A stretch of 64,000 nucleotides of DNA from Mytilus trossulus (Eukaryota), in NCBI RefSeq assembly GCF_036588685.1, contig NC_086385.1:34991216-35055215 (forward strand), read 5' to 3'. The translations under genes were made by a program, and so were the position numbers. Below are positions 1-13,100 of this stretch, in pieces; position 1 is the first letter of the stretch; each line of letters starts with the position of its first letter. The notes below the pieces were generated by a model, which was not told the origin of the DNA, did no database searches, and was given only the letters and a program-made list of their open reading frames with translations.

Positions 1-579
1 TAATTTATCCACAAAATAGTGAACGAGAAACTTAGTAACACAGGAACAAACTACAACCACTGAATCCCGGCTCGACTTGGAAATAGGCACATACAGAATG
101 TGACTGCGTCAACTTAAGCATGCTAGTTGGTGTCCAATCCTCCCCTAATCAGGGACAGTGGTGTAATAGTACAACATAAAGATTATTATGTGGTCATTGA
201 ATAAAAAAAATCTATAGTTTGTACCAATGCTATTTTTATAACAAAATCCATACTATAAGTTATTGTACAAGTAATAAGTGAATTATAATTTGTACAAAAT
301 GCTACATGTTCACAGACAACGGAATTTATTACAATGGATAATAATAATATATACTGGAATGGTCCTGGGTCCAATTGATTTTAATATGTTTATGTGATGT
401 ACAATGTATGTTACTGAAATTCTTCTGCAAATACAGGGCCACCCGATATTACCAGTAGAAAGACCCCAATAGATATACATTGTAAGCGTGCCAATGAGAC
501 TATTATCCATTCAAATCACAATTTGCAATTATCTTCGATTTCTACGGAAGATTGGCTGTCAAAATGCTAACATTCCAAT

Positions 580-765
580 TTTCAATAACAGTTAACAGCA
601 AATAGATTCTCACAATAACAGATAACAAAATAGATAATAGTCCTATAACAGCTAACAAAGAATAAGACAATAACAGCTAACAGTAAATATATTTTCAAAA
701 TAACAGATAACAAAGAATCAAAATGCCCCATAACAGCATAACAGTTAAACCCCTTGCCCCCCCTC
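580..765. repeat. Partial MITE-like repeat with ATAACAG subrepeats
   Basis: Repeated (A)ATAACAG.TAACA motifs ending in CCCCTTGCCCCCCCTC; no matching left terminus seen. Confidence 0.45.
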
Positions 766-1324
766 GTAAATGTTCATTTCCGTTTTTCGATTCTTCACAA
801 AAGTACTTGTATAATTGGCATAGGAATTTCGCAATATGTTACATTTTCAAAATTTTTCTTACACACAATTAACTGTTCGAAGTTAATTGTTGCAACCTTT
901 TAATAACGGTTACCGTTCGAACTCTCTCTGGTCGAAACGGATATGGCCACTGGTCAACAAATTTACTGAAAATTCTAGACAAAATAATACATTGTATTAC
1001 CAAAATATTGAAGTACACAAAATTAAATATAAGAAAATTCCGAAATGATAAAGTAAAAATTTTAAAATTTCAAATGTTAATTCTGATTTAAATATCAAAG
1101 TTTTTACTTTTAAAAACAAGTTCAATAACAATTTATGTTCTCTTTTTCTAATACGCTTCCGTAAACAAGTATACGAATATATATTCATACATTGTCACGA
1201 TGTAAAATTTTCTGAATATAAATGAATAATCAACATGATAAAGTGTTGCTAAGCGGCAGTCTTCACCAATATATATTTGTCAATAAATCTTTATACTGAA
1301 AAGGTCCTGACAGTGTGTTAAAAC

Positions 1325-4300
1325 GGTAAGAGGACAGAAAGTCACAGGACAGGATGGACATAAAGTAAGTCACAGGACATGGTGGACATAATGTAAGTCA
1401 CAGGACATGGTGGACATAAAGTAAGTCACAGGACATGATGGACATAAATTAAGTCACAGGACATGATGGACATAAAGTAAGTCACAGGACATGATGGACA
1501 TAAAGTAAGTCACAGGACATGGTAGACATAAAGTAAGTCACAGGACATGATGGACATAAAGTAAGTCACAGGACATGATGGACATAAAGTTAGTCACAGG
1601 ACATGGTGGACATAAAGTAAGTCACAGGACATGGTGGACATAAAGTAAGTCACAGGACATGGTGGACATAAAGTAAGTCACAGGACATGGTGGACATAAT
1701 GAAAGTCACAGGACATGGTGGACATAAAGTAAGTCATAGGACATGGTGGACATAAAGTAAGTCACAGGACATGGTGGACATAAAGTAAGTCACAGGACAT
1801 GGTGGACATAAAGTAAGTCACAGGACATGGTGGACATAAAGTAAGTCACAGGACATGGTGGACATAAAGTAAGTCACAGGACATGGTGGACATAATGAAA
1901 GTCACAGGACATGGTGGACATAAAGTAAGTCACAGGACATGGTGGACATAAAGTAAGTCATAGGACATGGTGGACATAAAGTAAGTCACAGGACATGGTG
2001 GACATAAAGTAAGTCACAGGACATGGTTCACAGGACATGGTGGACATAAAGTAAGTCACAGGACATGGTGGACATAAAGTAAGTCATAGGACATGGTGGA
2101 CATAATGTAAGTCACAGAACATGGTGGACATAAAGTAAGTCACAGAACATGGTGGACATAAAGTAAGTCACAGGACATGATGGACATAAAGTAAGTCACA
2201 GGACATGGTGAACATAAAGTAAGTCACAGGACATGGTGGACATAAAGTAAGTCACAGGACATGATGGACATAAAGTAAGTCACAGGACATGGTGGACATA
2301 ACGTAAGTCACAGGACATGGTGGACATAAAGTAAGTCATAGGACATGGTGGACATAACGTAAGTCACAGAACATGGTGGACATAAAGTAAGTCACAGGAC
2401 ATGATGGACATAAAGTAAGTCACAGGACATGGTGGACATAAAGTAAGTCACAGGACATGGTGGACATAAAGTAAGTCACAGGACATGGTGGACATAAAGT
2501 AAGTCACAGGACATGATGGACATAAAGTAAGTCACAGGACATGGTGGACATAAAAGTAAGTCACAGGACATGGTGGACATAAAGTAAGTCACAGAACATG
2601 GTGGACATGAAGTAAGTCACAGGACATGGTGGACATAAAGTAAGTTACAGGACATGGTGGACATAAAGTAAGTCACAGGACATGGTGGACATAATGAAAG
2701 TCACAGGACATGGTGGACATAAAGTAAGTCATAGGACATGGTGGACATAAAGTAAGTCACAGGACATGGTGGACATAAAGTAAGTCACAGGACATGGTGG
2801 ACATAAAGTAAGTCACAGGACATGGTGGACATAAAGTAAGTCACAGGACATGGTGGACATAATGAAAGTCACAGGACATGGTGGACATAAAGTAAGTCAC
2901 AGGACATGGTGGACATAAAGTAAGTCATAGGACATGGTGGACATAAAGTAAGTCACAGGACATGGTGGACATAAAGTAAGTCACAGGACATGGTGGACAT
3001 AAAGTAAGTCACAGGACATGGTGGACATAAAGTAAGTCATAGGACATGGTGGACATAAAGTAAGTCACAGGACATGGTGGACATAATGTAAGTCACAGAA
3101 CATGGTGGACATAAAGTAAGTCACAGGACATGATGGACATAAAGTAAGTCACAGGACATGGTGGACATAAAGTAAGTCACAGGACATGGTGAACATAAAG
3201 TAAGTCACAGGACATGGTGGACATAAAGTAAGTCACAGGACATGATGGACATAAAGTAAGTCACAGGACATGGTGGACATAACGTAAGTCACAGGACATG
3301 GTGGACATAAAGTAAGTCATAGGACATGGTGGACATAACGTAAGTCACAGAACATGGTGGACATAAAGTAAGTCACAGGACATGATGGACATAAAGTAAG
3401 TCACAGGACATGGTGGACATAAAGTAAGTCACAGGACATGGTGGACATAAAGTAAGTCACAGGACATGGTGGACATAAAGTAAGTCACAGGACATGATGG
3501 ACATAAAGTAAGTCACAGGACATGGTGGACATAAAAGTAAGTCACAGGACATGGTGGACATAAAGTAAGTCACAGAACATGGTGGACATGAAGTAAGTCA
3601 CAGGACATGGTGGACATAAAGTAAGTCACAGGACATGATGGACATAAAGTAAGTCACAGGACATGGTGGACATAACGTAAGTCACAGGACATGGTGGACA
3701 TAATGTAAGTCACAGAACATGGTGGACATAAAGTAAGTCACAGAACATGATGGACATAAAGTAAGTCACAGGACATGGTGGACATAAAGTAAGTCACATG
3801 ACATGGTGGACATAAAGTAAGTCACAGGACATGATGGACATAAAAGTTAGTCACAGGACATGGTGGACATAAAGTAAGTCACAGGACATGATGGACATAA
3901 AGTAAGTCACAGGACATGATGGACATAAAGTAAGTCACAGGACATGGTGGACATAAAGTAAGTCACAGGACATGATGGACATAAAGTAAGTCACAGGACA
4001 TGATGGACATAAAGTAAGTCACAGGACATGGTGGACATAAAGTAAGTCACAGGACATGGTGGACATAAAGTAAGTCACATGACATGATGGACATAAAGTA
4101 AGTCACAGGACGTGATGGACATGAAGTAGGTCACAGGACATGGTAGACATAAAGTCATAAATTTCATTGGAAAAAAAGTCACAGGACAAAAAGTCACAAA
4201 TATTTTGTTGACAATTATTTGAATATATAAGAGAAAAATCTTGAAATATTTTCTTTTTATAACATATATTCATTTTTAAGTTTAGGAAATTGTTCATAAG

Positions 4301-4616
4301 TCATGAGAAATGAATATGTATTAAATGTTAATCATGCAAGGGATATATTTCTTGGCACTATCAAGCCATTTACGTACCAAGCCACTTTGACATTTTGTTT
4401 CCATAACAATTATTTGATCATTATTGAAATATTTTGAATACTTATAACTTTCAAAGTTGCTTAATATATACATGATATAATATTTCAAGAATTTTTTATT
4501 TTTTTTTAAATTAGGGTTTTCTTGCAAATTTGTTCAAAGAAAATAATCTCAAAACTGAATATTGACTTTTTGTCTTGTGACATTTTGTCCTAGCTGTGAC
4601 TTTCTGTCCTACTTTC
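1325..4616. mobile_element. Non-autonomous TIR transposon with 8-bp TSD (possibly MULE-like), carrying a satellite
   Basis: TSD GTTAAAAC at 1317-1324 and 4617-4624; TIR core AGGACAGAAAGTCACAG at both ends; G...C termini; GGACAAAAAGTCACA subrepeats near both ends. The superfamily is a guess. Confidence 0.8.
1339..4158 (+). repeat. 28-bp tandem satellite, about 100 copies
   Basis: Consensus AAGTCACAGGACATGGTGGACATAAAGT repeated head to tail with recurrent point variants. Confidence 0.97.
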
Positions 4617-4869
4617 GTTAAAACATAGACAAAAATATACAATGTATTATATATATTATATCTCCAGTTAAAAACAACCATTATAATTATAAATCCGGCT
4701 GTTGATTTTCCCATTAAATATATTGTTTTATATGTTTCATGTCTGGACCTTCTATAGTCGGCTATAAATACGTTATGGGTTTCTCTCATTGTTGAAGGCC
4801 GTACGGTGGCTTTAATTTTCTACATCAAATTAATTTGAACTGATGGATAGTAGCTGCATTTGCAATCGT

Positions 4870-5093
4870 GAGGCCCCTCATGGGGGGTCCTAGTAATCAC
4901 ATAATCACCATTTTTTTGCCAATATAATCACATAATCATTAAATATTTGTTTATCTTTAGTAATCAAATAATCATAAACTAAAAATACAGTCCTAGGTAA
5001 TCAAATAATCATGAAATATTTGGCTTAATAATCAAATAATCATTAAAAAAACGGCCAAGTAATCACATAATCAAAAACCCCATGAGGGCCCTC
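4870..5093. mobile_element. MITE with 6-bp TSD and TAATCA subrepeats
   Basis: TIRs GAGGCCCCTCATGGGG / CCCCATGAGGGCCCTC; TSD AATCGT (4864-4869, 5094-5099). A degenerate relative lies at ~43640-43918. Confidence 0.8.
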
Positions 5094-5920
5094 AATCGTA
5101 CCAGAAAGAAGCAGTTATTGGTGCCATTAGGGTAAATGCACCTTAAAGATTTTAACAAACTGACCTATGCCATAGTTGGTAACTACATAATGGACATGAC
5201 CAAGGCAAATTCGTAAAACAATTTCGGTATCGTTGAATCCCCCCACCCCCTTCCAAAACAAAAAATCCCAAGGAGAATCATACCTTTTTCTATTTGAATA
5301 CTGTATACGTATTCTTGATTTGAAAAATCCTTCCTATTTGACAAATTAAAAGCATGCTTATATGCATATATAACACATACTTGAATGTTAATTTTTAGCT
5401 TATATTTGTTTACACTTCGATTTCAAAGACACATTAATGCGCAATACACTAATGAATATGATTCGAGATAGGATTGAGAATTAAACGGATTTGTGGAATG
5501 AGTTTGGCCCTTTGCCATTAAAGCAAACCAGAAAAAGCAGAATTTTTAAATACTGGTTCAATCGGTTATATACCACAAACTGCGTGATATTTGACAAAAA
5601 AAAATGTTTATTAAATGCTGATCAACAAAAATGTCCTAGTTATAAGACAAACCGATTGTATTTTATTAAAAGTGAACTGCTTAGTATACTTTTTATGTTC
5701 AGGTGATATTTGGTATAATCAAGGTTATTTTATACTGAGACCGCAAGCTCTCCAGTGATGTAGTACTTGATAACTAAACATCGCCGGTGTTTGCTTATCG
5801 TAATAAAGATTTTGACAGCCAACTAAGTACTTTTGTTAAATATTCAAGTTATAGATATGTGGTCACAATTTTTGTTTACATTATTATAGAAACCAAAAAC
5901 AAGTTATTTGCAAGACATGT

Positions 5921-6052
5921 CAGGGGCGGATCCAGCCATTTAAAAAAAGGGGGGGGGGGGGGGGGGTTCCAACTATATGTCCTCATTCAAATACATTGAG
6001 CGGCAAAAAAAAAGGGGGGTTCGAACCCCCTCCCCCCCTGGATCCGCCAATG
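5921..6052. mobile_element. CAGGGGCGGATCCAG-family MITE, 5-bp TSD
   Basis: TIR GGCGGATCCAG / CTGGATCCGCC, TSD CATGT. Confidence 0.8.
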
Positions 6053-6646
6053 CATGTATAACAAAAAAAAATATGACATTTACGTCATAATTTAGCTATT
6101 ATAGAATGCGGACTTTACTCTGCAATTTCTAGACGAAATGGACTCTGTAGTGTTGTAAGGATGACATTGAGGATGAGATGCTTTTCAGATTGTAAATGTC
6201 ACATGTATGAAGGACTTTGTCTAATTTTATTAAAACTTATAAACGGAATAACCCAAAATGTATAAATCTAATTAGTAAGTTCAAAAAATTTCTAAGAGCT
6301 AATGTAATTTGGGTAAATAATTCTTATTGCATGCCCACACATATAAGAACTGATACACTGTTATGGGTTACAAAATACCTTATTGAGATCTTATGTCATT
6401 AAACCTTATTATCGGAAGTTCCGAACAACCCTTTATATAAAATAAATGCAATTTATGAGTACAAATAATCTAAAGAGAGCTAATGCAATTTGAGTAAACT
6501 CATATTTCGTGCACAAACAGTAAGATCTGAAACAAAGTAATATGTTTCACAATCCATTCTGCTATTCTATGCTTGTATAACTATGAGTATACCATGCAGT
6601 ATATATATGTTTCTTTGGTAAATGCATGGAGATTAATATAAGTGAC

Positions 6647-6794
6647 CATACCCGTAGCCAGGGGGGTTCGGACGAACCCCCCTTGAAAACAAATAAGCAC
6701 TGTTAAAGTCAATGTTCTGTTCGAATTGTGACTGTTAAAGTCGAGTTTGTGAGCCAAAAGAACCCCCCTTTGGAAATTCCTGGCTACGGGCCTG
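6647..6794. mobile_element. CCCGTAGCCAGG-family MITE, 5-bp TSD
   Basis: TIR CCCGTAGCCAGG / CCTGGCTACGGG, TSD GTGAC. Related copies at ~20649-20791 (left-truncated) and 61124-61282. Confidence 0.8.
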
Positions 6795-6839
6795 GTGACA
6801 CATTTTTACTACAGATTTATTTATGTGTAACATGTGCAG

Positions 6840-6974
6840 CTGACTCACAAACTTTACTCATCTTGTGAGTTAAGCTGTCCAGCCGCTGACTCACAAACTT
6901 TACTCATCTTGTGAGTTAATCTGTCCAGCCGCTGACTCACAAACTTTACTCATCTTGTGAGTTAATCTGACCAG
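6840..6974. repeat. 46-bp tandem repeat x3 with internal inverted repeat
   Basis: Units start at 6840, 6886, 6932; each contains CTCACAA...TTGTGAG. Confidence 0.9.
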
Positions 6975-9900
6975 TTTACAAATCAATAACCTCTAGACAA
7001 AAAATGCTGTTTCCTATATATAATAAATGTTCAGTTTTATAATTGAAAGACTAAAAATAAAAATAAAACTGTATATGATAATATTTCATGTTTGTTTTTT
7101 TGGCTTGTCCCATATGGGTGTAATTTGCAAATACTATCATTTTTATAAATGTTTGTCATTTAGACATTTTAACTAAATATATTTTATATTGTGTGTTGAG
7201 AGTTAAGAAAATTAAAAGATTTAAAACACGTTTTATTTTACCAAAAACACAACTATTTTTTTTTTTATTAATTCCTCGAGTATACCAGTACATGTAATGG
7301 AGTTTGGTTTACCTTATTTGGCACGAGACCCAAGAAATCAGTTCAAGATTTCAAATATCTTGATTCTTAACATGCTAAGCAGGGGCTGACCGGACCCTAA
7401 CCCCTTTTTTGTGTAATAAGCAAACTACAGGTTACTGCACTTTTCCAAATATAATAAATTGGTCTGAATGATTAATACAGTACTAGTGTACCCACGTTTG
7501 TGCATAGCCAACAGCTTCGATCCGGTGAAGGCTAGAGTGTAGAGGATCGTAACCCTTCAAAGCTTCAAAACTAGTTTAAACCCGCCCCCATTTTGTATGT
7601 GCCTGGCGCATGTCAGGAGCCTGTAACCCAATGGTTGTCGTTTGATACTGCATGCCATATTTGTATTTCGCTCATTATTTTGTACAAACATGTATCAGGC
7701 CGCTAGATTTTTCTTCTTAATTGATTGAAATTTGTCATATTGTGACATTTTATAAGTTACAGCTGACTTTGCAGTAGGCATGGGTTTTGATTATTTTTTA
7801 AGGCCGTACAGTGTTCTAGTAAATTTACCAATTCATATCGAATTTTGTCTCGGGTAGAAAGTTCGCCCCTTGGCTATCTCTATCCATCAACTTTAAAAGA
7901 AACAGAGGCTTAAGACCCTTTTGTGAACAGGCTCAGCCATGAAGAAAATTAAGAAGGGGAAGTCAAATTTATTTATATGCATTGATTGTTTTGCTTTTAA
8001 TTTTTTTACGGAGTTGTTTTTTCCAGTGTTTATTGTGTAATATTTTGTTCGTTTGTCACTTCCGTTTGATAAACAAGATTGAAGATACCAAATGTGTTTT
8101 GTACAAGATACGAAATATTTTTTCAAAGCCATCTATGGCTTTCCTTGCTGAGCATAGTAATGATTCATTGCATTGTTTTCAAACTGAGTTTAACTCTGCG
8201 TAGTAATTTTGTTGTGCCTTTGTTTTTATTCCTCATTGGCTAGAGATATATATGGGGATGATTGAGATATCACAAAAGATGTTTATCCCCGTCGCATTTT
8301 TGGCGCCTACCTGTCCAAAGTCGGGAACCTCCAGCCTTTGTTAGTCTCGCATTTTATTTTGAAATTTTGGTTGATTTGTTTGTTTCCGAGTGGGTTCAGT
8401 GTGGGGGTTATTTCAGCTGACCTTAAAGTTTAGTAGACTTTATTGTTAAGGGACCAGTTGAAGCCCGCTTCATTGTGCGAGATTTTCTTGCTGCGAAGAA
8501 CCGTTTGGTGGCCTTGTGCTACTGTTTGTTCTTTGTTGGGGTGTATGTCTCATTGATACATTCGCCATTTCCGTGCTCTGATCTTTTTAAAGTACAGTTC
8601 AGTTTAAACCAGTATTTGAACATACTACAGCTTCGTGTGTGCCAAAATGGCGTCCTGCCTAGTTCATGTATGATGAACCACCATTACTTCACTAATTAAA
8701 AGGTTGATCATCAAAAAATTTACTTTCAGATTATTTTTACAAATTAAATCTCAGAAATATAATTTTTTATCCTCTTTTTAGCTTGCAATTGTTCCTTAAG
8801 AACGCCCCATATTTTGCACTTCCTTACAATTTGAAATGTCATTGTTCACAGGCGCGAATTCACTCATTTTAAAAGGGTACATTCAAACTACCATGAAACA
8901 TTCTAATAATTCATATTCGAAAAAGCGGTGGTTCTAAATATGGACCCCTCAATGGATCCTGGTAATAAAAAAAAATGAAAAGTATGAGATAAAATTCAAA
9001 TAAATGTCTTTTACATTTTTAGGAAAATGCTGCATTCCTATCCATCTCGGAAAGTTGCAGCTGTATCATACCGGCGTAGCCAGGGTTTCAATTTGAAATC
9101 TAAACCCCCATAAAGTTACCATTTGGAGAAATGATTTGATTGCAGTTGAAAAATATGTTAAAAAAATCCAAATCAAAAAAAATATTCACGAAATTAAATG
9201 GCTGTTTCCTTAGAATGAAAAGACCAACAAAACAAAATTTAATACACAAAGTTTTTCGTAAATTGTTAACTATACATTAAGCAGTTAGTTTTCTCATTTT
9301 GATTGTTTCGTAGTTTTCCTGGCGGGGTCAAGCGTTTATTGATATGGATTTTAAAAGGGGGTCCAACTAGTCTTATATTTGAAATGCATTGATCGTCAAA
9401 AAGAACTCTCACCCCCCCCCCTTTTTATTATCCATCAATGCTTTATAAATGATCGTGTAAAAATTCCAAAAAAATCTTCTTTTTTTTCGATTTTGAAAGA
9501 ATGATAATAATTCAGTTCGATTGCAGTTAAAATCTTCCTTTTATAACACACCTTTTCCTTTTTAAATTAAATGGTTCTCCAAAGAAATGAGAAAGTTATG
9601 ACAAACAAAAAAAAACCAGAATGTAAACAAGCTACGATACACAAAAAAAAATAAAAAAATGAACCACTTCAACTTGTAAATAAACAACATATTAATTTGT
9701 CATATATATATTATTGACTCAACTATTTTTGTAAATTATAAATAATTACTAACTCTGATTAATAACAATCATGTGAAAACCTTTAATTCCAATCATTTAT
9801 CAAACATCCGTTCAATCCTAAATATTTTTCTATTTGTAAACATATGCAACATTCTAAAAATAAAAGTTCAAGATGTTAATAACTTCTAGTTTCGGTTAAT

Positions 9901-10066
9901 AACCACGAAGAAAACAGCTGATTGCCGATGTTGACCGCCGGTATTAGCTCGTATCAACACAACGAAAGCAGATTTAACCGGTTCGTAGTAGTTTTCACGC
10001 GATCAATGTTGTTTTATTATGTATCGTATTTAAACAAAAATCCATTCGCCTTGAATTTATTTAACA

Positions 10067-10144
10067 ATGTCGTTGTCTACAGAAGAGAGTATTTCTTTAA
10101 TGAGCAATCTTAATATCTTAAAGGATAATAACTTACCGATAAAG
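10067..10144 (+). CDS. CARNS1: CARNS1-like copy 1, coding exon 1 (MSLSTEESISLMSNLNILKDNNLPIK)
   Basis: ATG at 10067, 26 codons, donor AAG|GTAAGC. Phase 0 fits exon 2. Homologous mini-exons precede every other paralog (25353, 41586, 62463). Confidence 0.75.
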
Positions 10145-13100
10145 GTAAGCATTTATTTAGTGCATTTAATTAGTAATGACAATTTGTGGATATTTAAATA
10201 CGTCCGTTTTTCTAACGTCTTGATGGCGATAGTATCATACCCCCCATCTTTTAACTTTGCCGGCCGGCATCTCTAAGTACTGCACTTTGTTGACAATGAC
10301 AATCTGTGTAATACATGTAGAATAACATAACAATGTGTCGAAATATGAAAATTATATGTACAAGTGTAAAACTGCAGCTTTGTCGTGCATTTCTATCCTG
10401 TGTCGAGCTTGGAAGTGCAAATGAAATGAGACAAACTTAAGAAATAGTTTAAAATTTGTATATATACTTTTTATTTTATATACTCCGCTACTGTCCAAAC
10501 TATAAAATGAAGTATTTGGTTTAAAATCAACCATTTTGAATATCAAGAGGACAAGTCAAAATTCCCGGGCCTTATTAATTCCTTGTTGCATTGGAATCGC
10601 ATTGTCAACATCATAAACAAGTCGGCTAACGGTCAGTGACAGTGAGTGTAAAAACTATACCTACGGTCAATGCAAATTGACTGTACAGTTGCATTTTGAA
10701 TACATTTGAATGCATGTCAAATTATACTTTGTTAATGACATTATAAGATTATTTCCCCCCCCCTCTTTTTTTTTTTTTACAAAAACAACAACAAGCAAAA
10801 GAATAACAAACGAAAAAAAAAACCGAAAAAAAAAATAAAATCTAAATTTAACGTGTAAACGTAAACAATGTTTAAAAGACCGCATGTATCGATAAATAGA
10901 AAAATTAAGTTATAAAGCTTTTTCCCTTTACCCCCCCCCCCCCCCCCCCTTTTTTGCATACATTCTAAAGATAGACATGCGTTGATAGAATGCTTTTAAA
11001 TACGGCATGAGTCACCGTGTTTTTCTCAGCAAATTATGAACACTGTCTTCCGTGTGTAGACTTGCTTTGGGCGGAAACATATAACTGACTGGACGTTATT
11101 GATGTGCATATGCATGATCCATTACATATTAATACTTCCTATGAATTACTTCGAATGCATATACTACGTGACGACCATGAAATATTTGCCCCTGGACGCT
11201 TAGTTGCCAACAATAATTTCGAATCTACGTGACTTAAATCGAAATTATCTTTGAAGTGAAGTGTTTGCCCCCCCCCCCCCCCCAACAAATACGAAGTTGA
11301 ACCTGTATTGCCTTTTTTTTTAAATTATTTAAAGCAATACTTTCACACCCAAACACATGAAAAAGGTATAACCTATATTAGTATTCTGGGATGTAACTAC
11401 AATTCCACAATAAATTTATACCTTTAACGTCACTTTTCTACCTACCAATGAATTCTGCAGGATGTACGAAAGGGGGGTTGTTAATTGTGCGTTATACATA
11501 AAAGTTGTACTGCTTCTGGAATAAATAGCTACCTCCAAAAAATCTTTTCGTCTCTATTCAAAAGGATATTTTGTTCCGTTTATTGGATATTTTCATTGGC
11601 GGATCCCGGGGGGGGGAAGGTTTCCGGGGGTTGGAAACCCCCTTTTTTGGACGATCAATGCATTTGAATGAGAGCATATAGTTGAACCCCCCTTTTTACT
11701 CTGGGTTGGGACCCCCCCTTTTAAAATGTCTGGATCCGCCCCTGACTTTATTGTACATCATGTACATAAAGTAAAACTTATTTTTGCCAGCAATGTATTC
11801 TAACATAATATTCTGAGCACATATTTGGATATTTGCTAATAAACATAATTTATTCAGTTGCTTTTGATTGGCTAGTGCCTTTGCTGAAATACCTAAAATA
11901 ACAACCCACGCCTTATAAATATATATTAAACCACTGCATGCTCTTGTGTTTTTTTTTGCACTGAATAGACATGATCGAATAACGAGACTCTCGCACGCCT
12001 AAATTGTAAAAGACCTTTTTCCGAATGTTTGCCCCCTCCCCCTCTCCCCATGAACTCTAACAAACACAATCCTTCCTCCATTACCACATATAATTTTGTT
12101 TTTGATACAAAACATAAATTAGACGTCAAAAGAAGTAAATGCACACAATTCAAAAAATCGTCAAAAAGGCAAAGAATTACCCGCTTTTTGTAATTTCAAA
12201 AAAAATTATAGATATATTGAAATAATTTATTTATGGTTATATGAGCTACTATACGATATATAGCACCTGCGACTTAACTTGAACATAGTGTTCATTGTCA
12301 AATTTATGGGCAGTTGGTCAAGTGAAAACAATTGCATACTACAATGTATACCTTTATCCTCATTTATATTTTTATGAAACAGAAAAGTTCCCCATTTAAA
12401 TGGTTAAAACCATAGTTTATAAAAAAAATATACACTTACTGCTGGTATTTATTACATTTCTTTTAATTATCTACTAATAATTACAGTTTAACAAAACAAT
12501 TTTCTCGACCCCCCCCCCCCCTTTTCCAAACCACTTCCAGAGAAAAAGAGTCATATTGAATATGTATACATGACGATCGTTTCATAATAAATTCCTATAA
12601 AAAATCAGCTCAAAGATTTTTTTATATTTCAGAGCCATATACTACAGAAGCAGGAGGAATTAGCCCATAAAGCAGTAGAATATACCACTACCTGTGGTAG
12701 CTATACCGCCTGGGACACTGATGTCGACCTTTCACCACCAGACCCGTCTGTCTCACTGAACAAAGATGACGTCAACATTCAAGATTACTACAATGCTTTA
12801 CAGTACAGCTTGTTTGAAAACAACCTTCCCGAGACTTTCGACAGAACGAAACAGCCGAGGACACGAAAGCATGATACGGAAGTCGCAATAGTTGTTTTAG
12901 CATCACCAGTGGAATGCCTGGCGATACTGCTAGAAGGTGGGCGCCAATGTCCGGGCGATATGCTACTCGTGTTGTCCCCAACATGGGTTGTGAAGGAGAA
13001 ATCTAATAAAGGTGAAGGTCTGCATTCCCTGTTGGTCAAGAAAGCAATCGTATTTGATCGGTCCGGAACAACCTATGTCGATGTCTTTCCGACCCCTAGA

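Noticed and set aside
1339-4158. CRISPR-like array
   Set aside because: Contiguous 28-bp monomers with no unique spacers, eukaryotic context and no cas genes.
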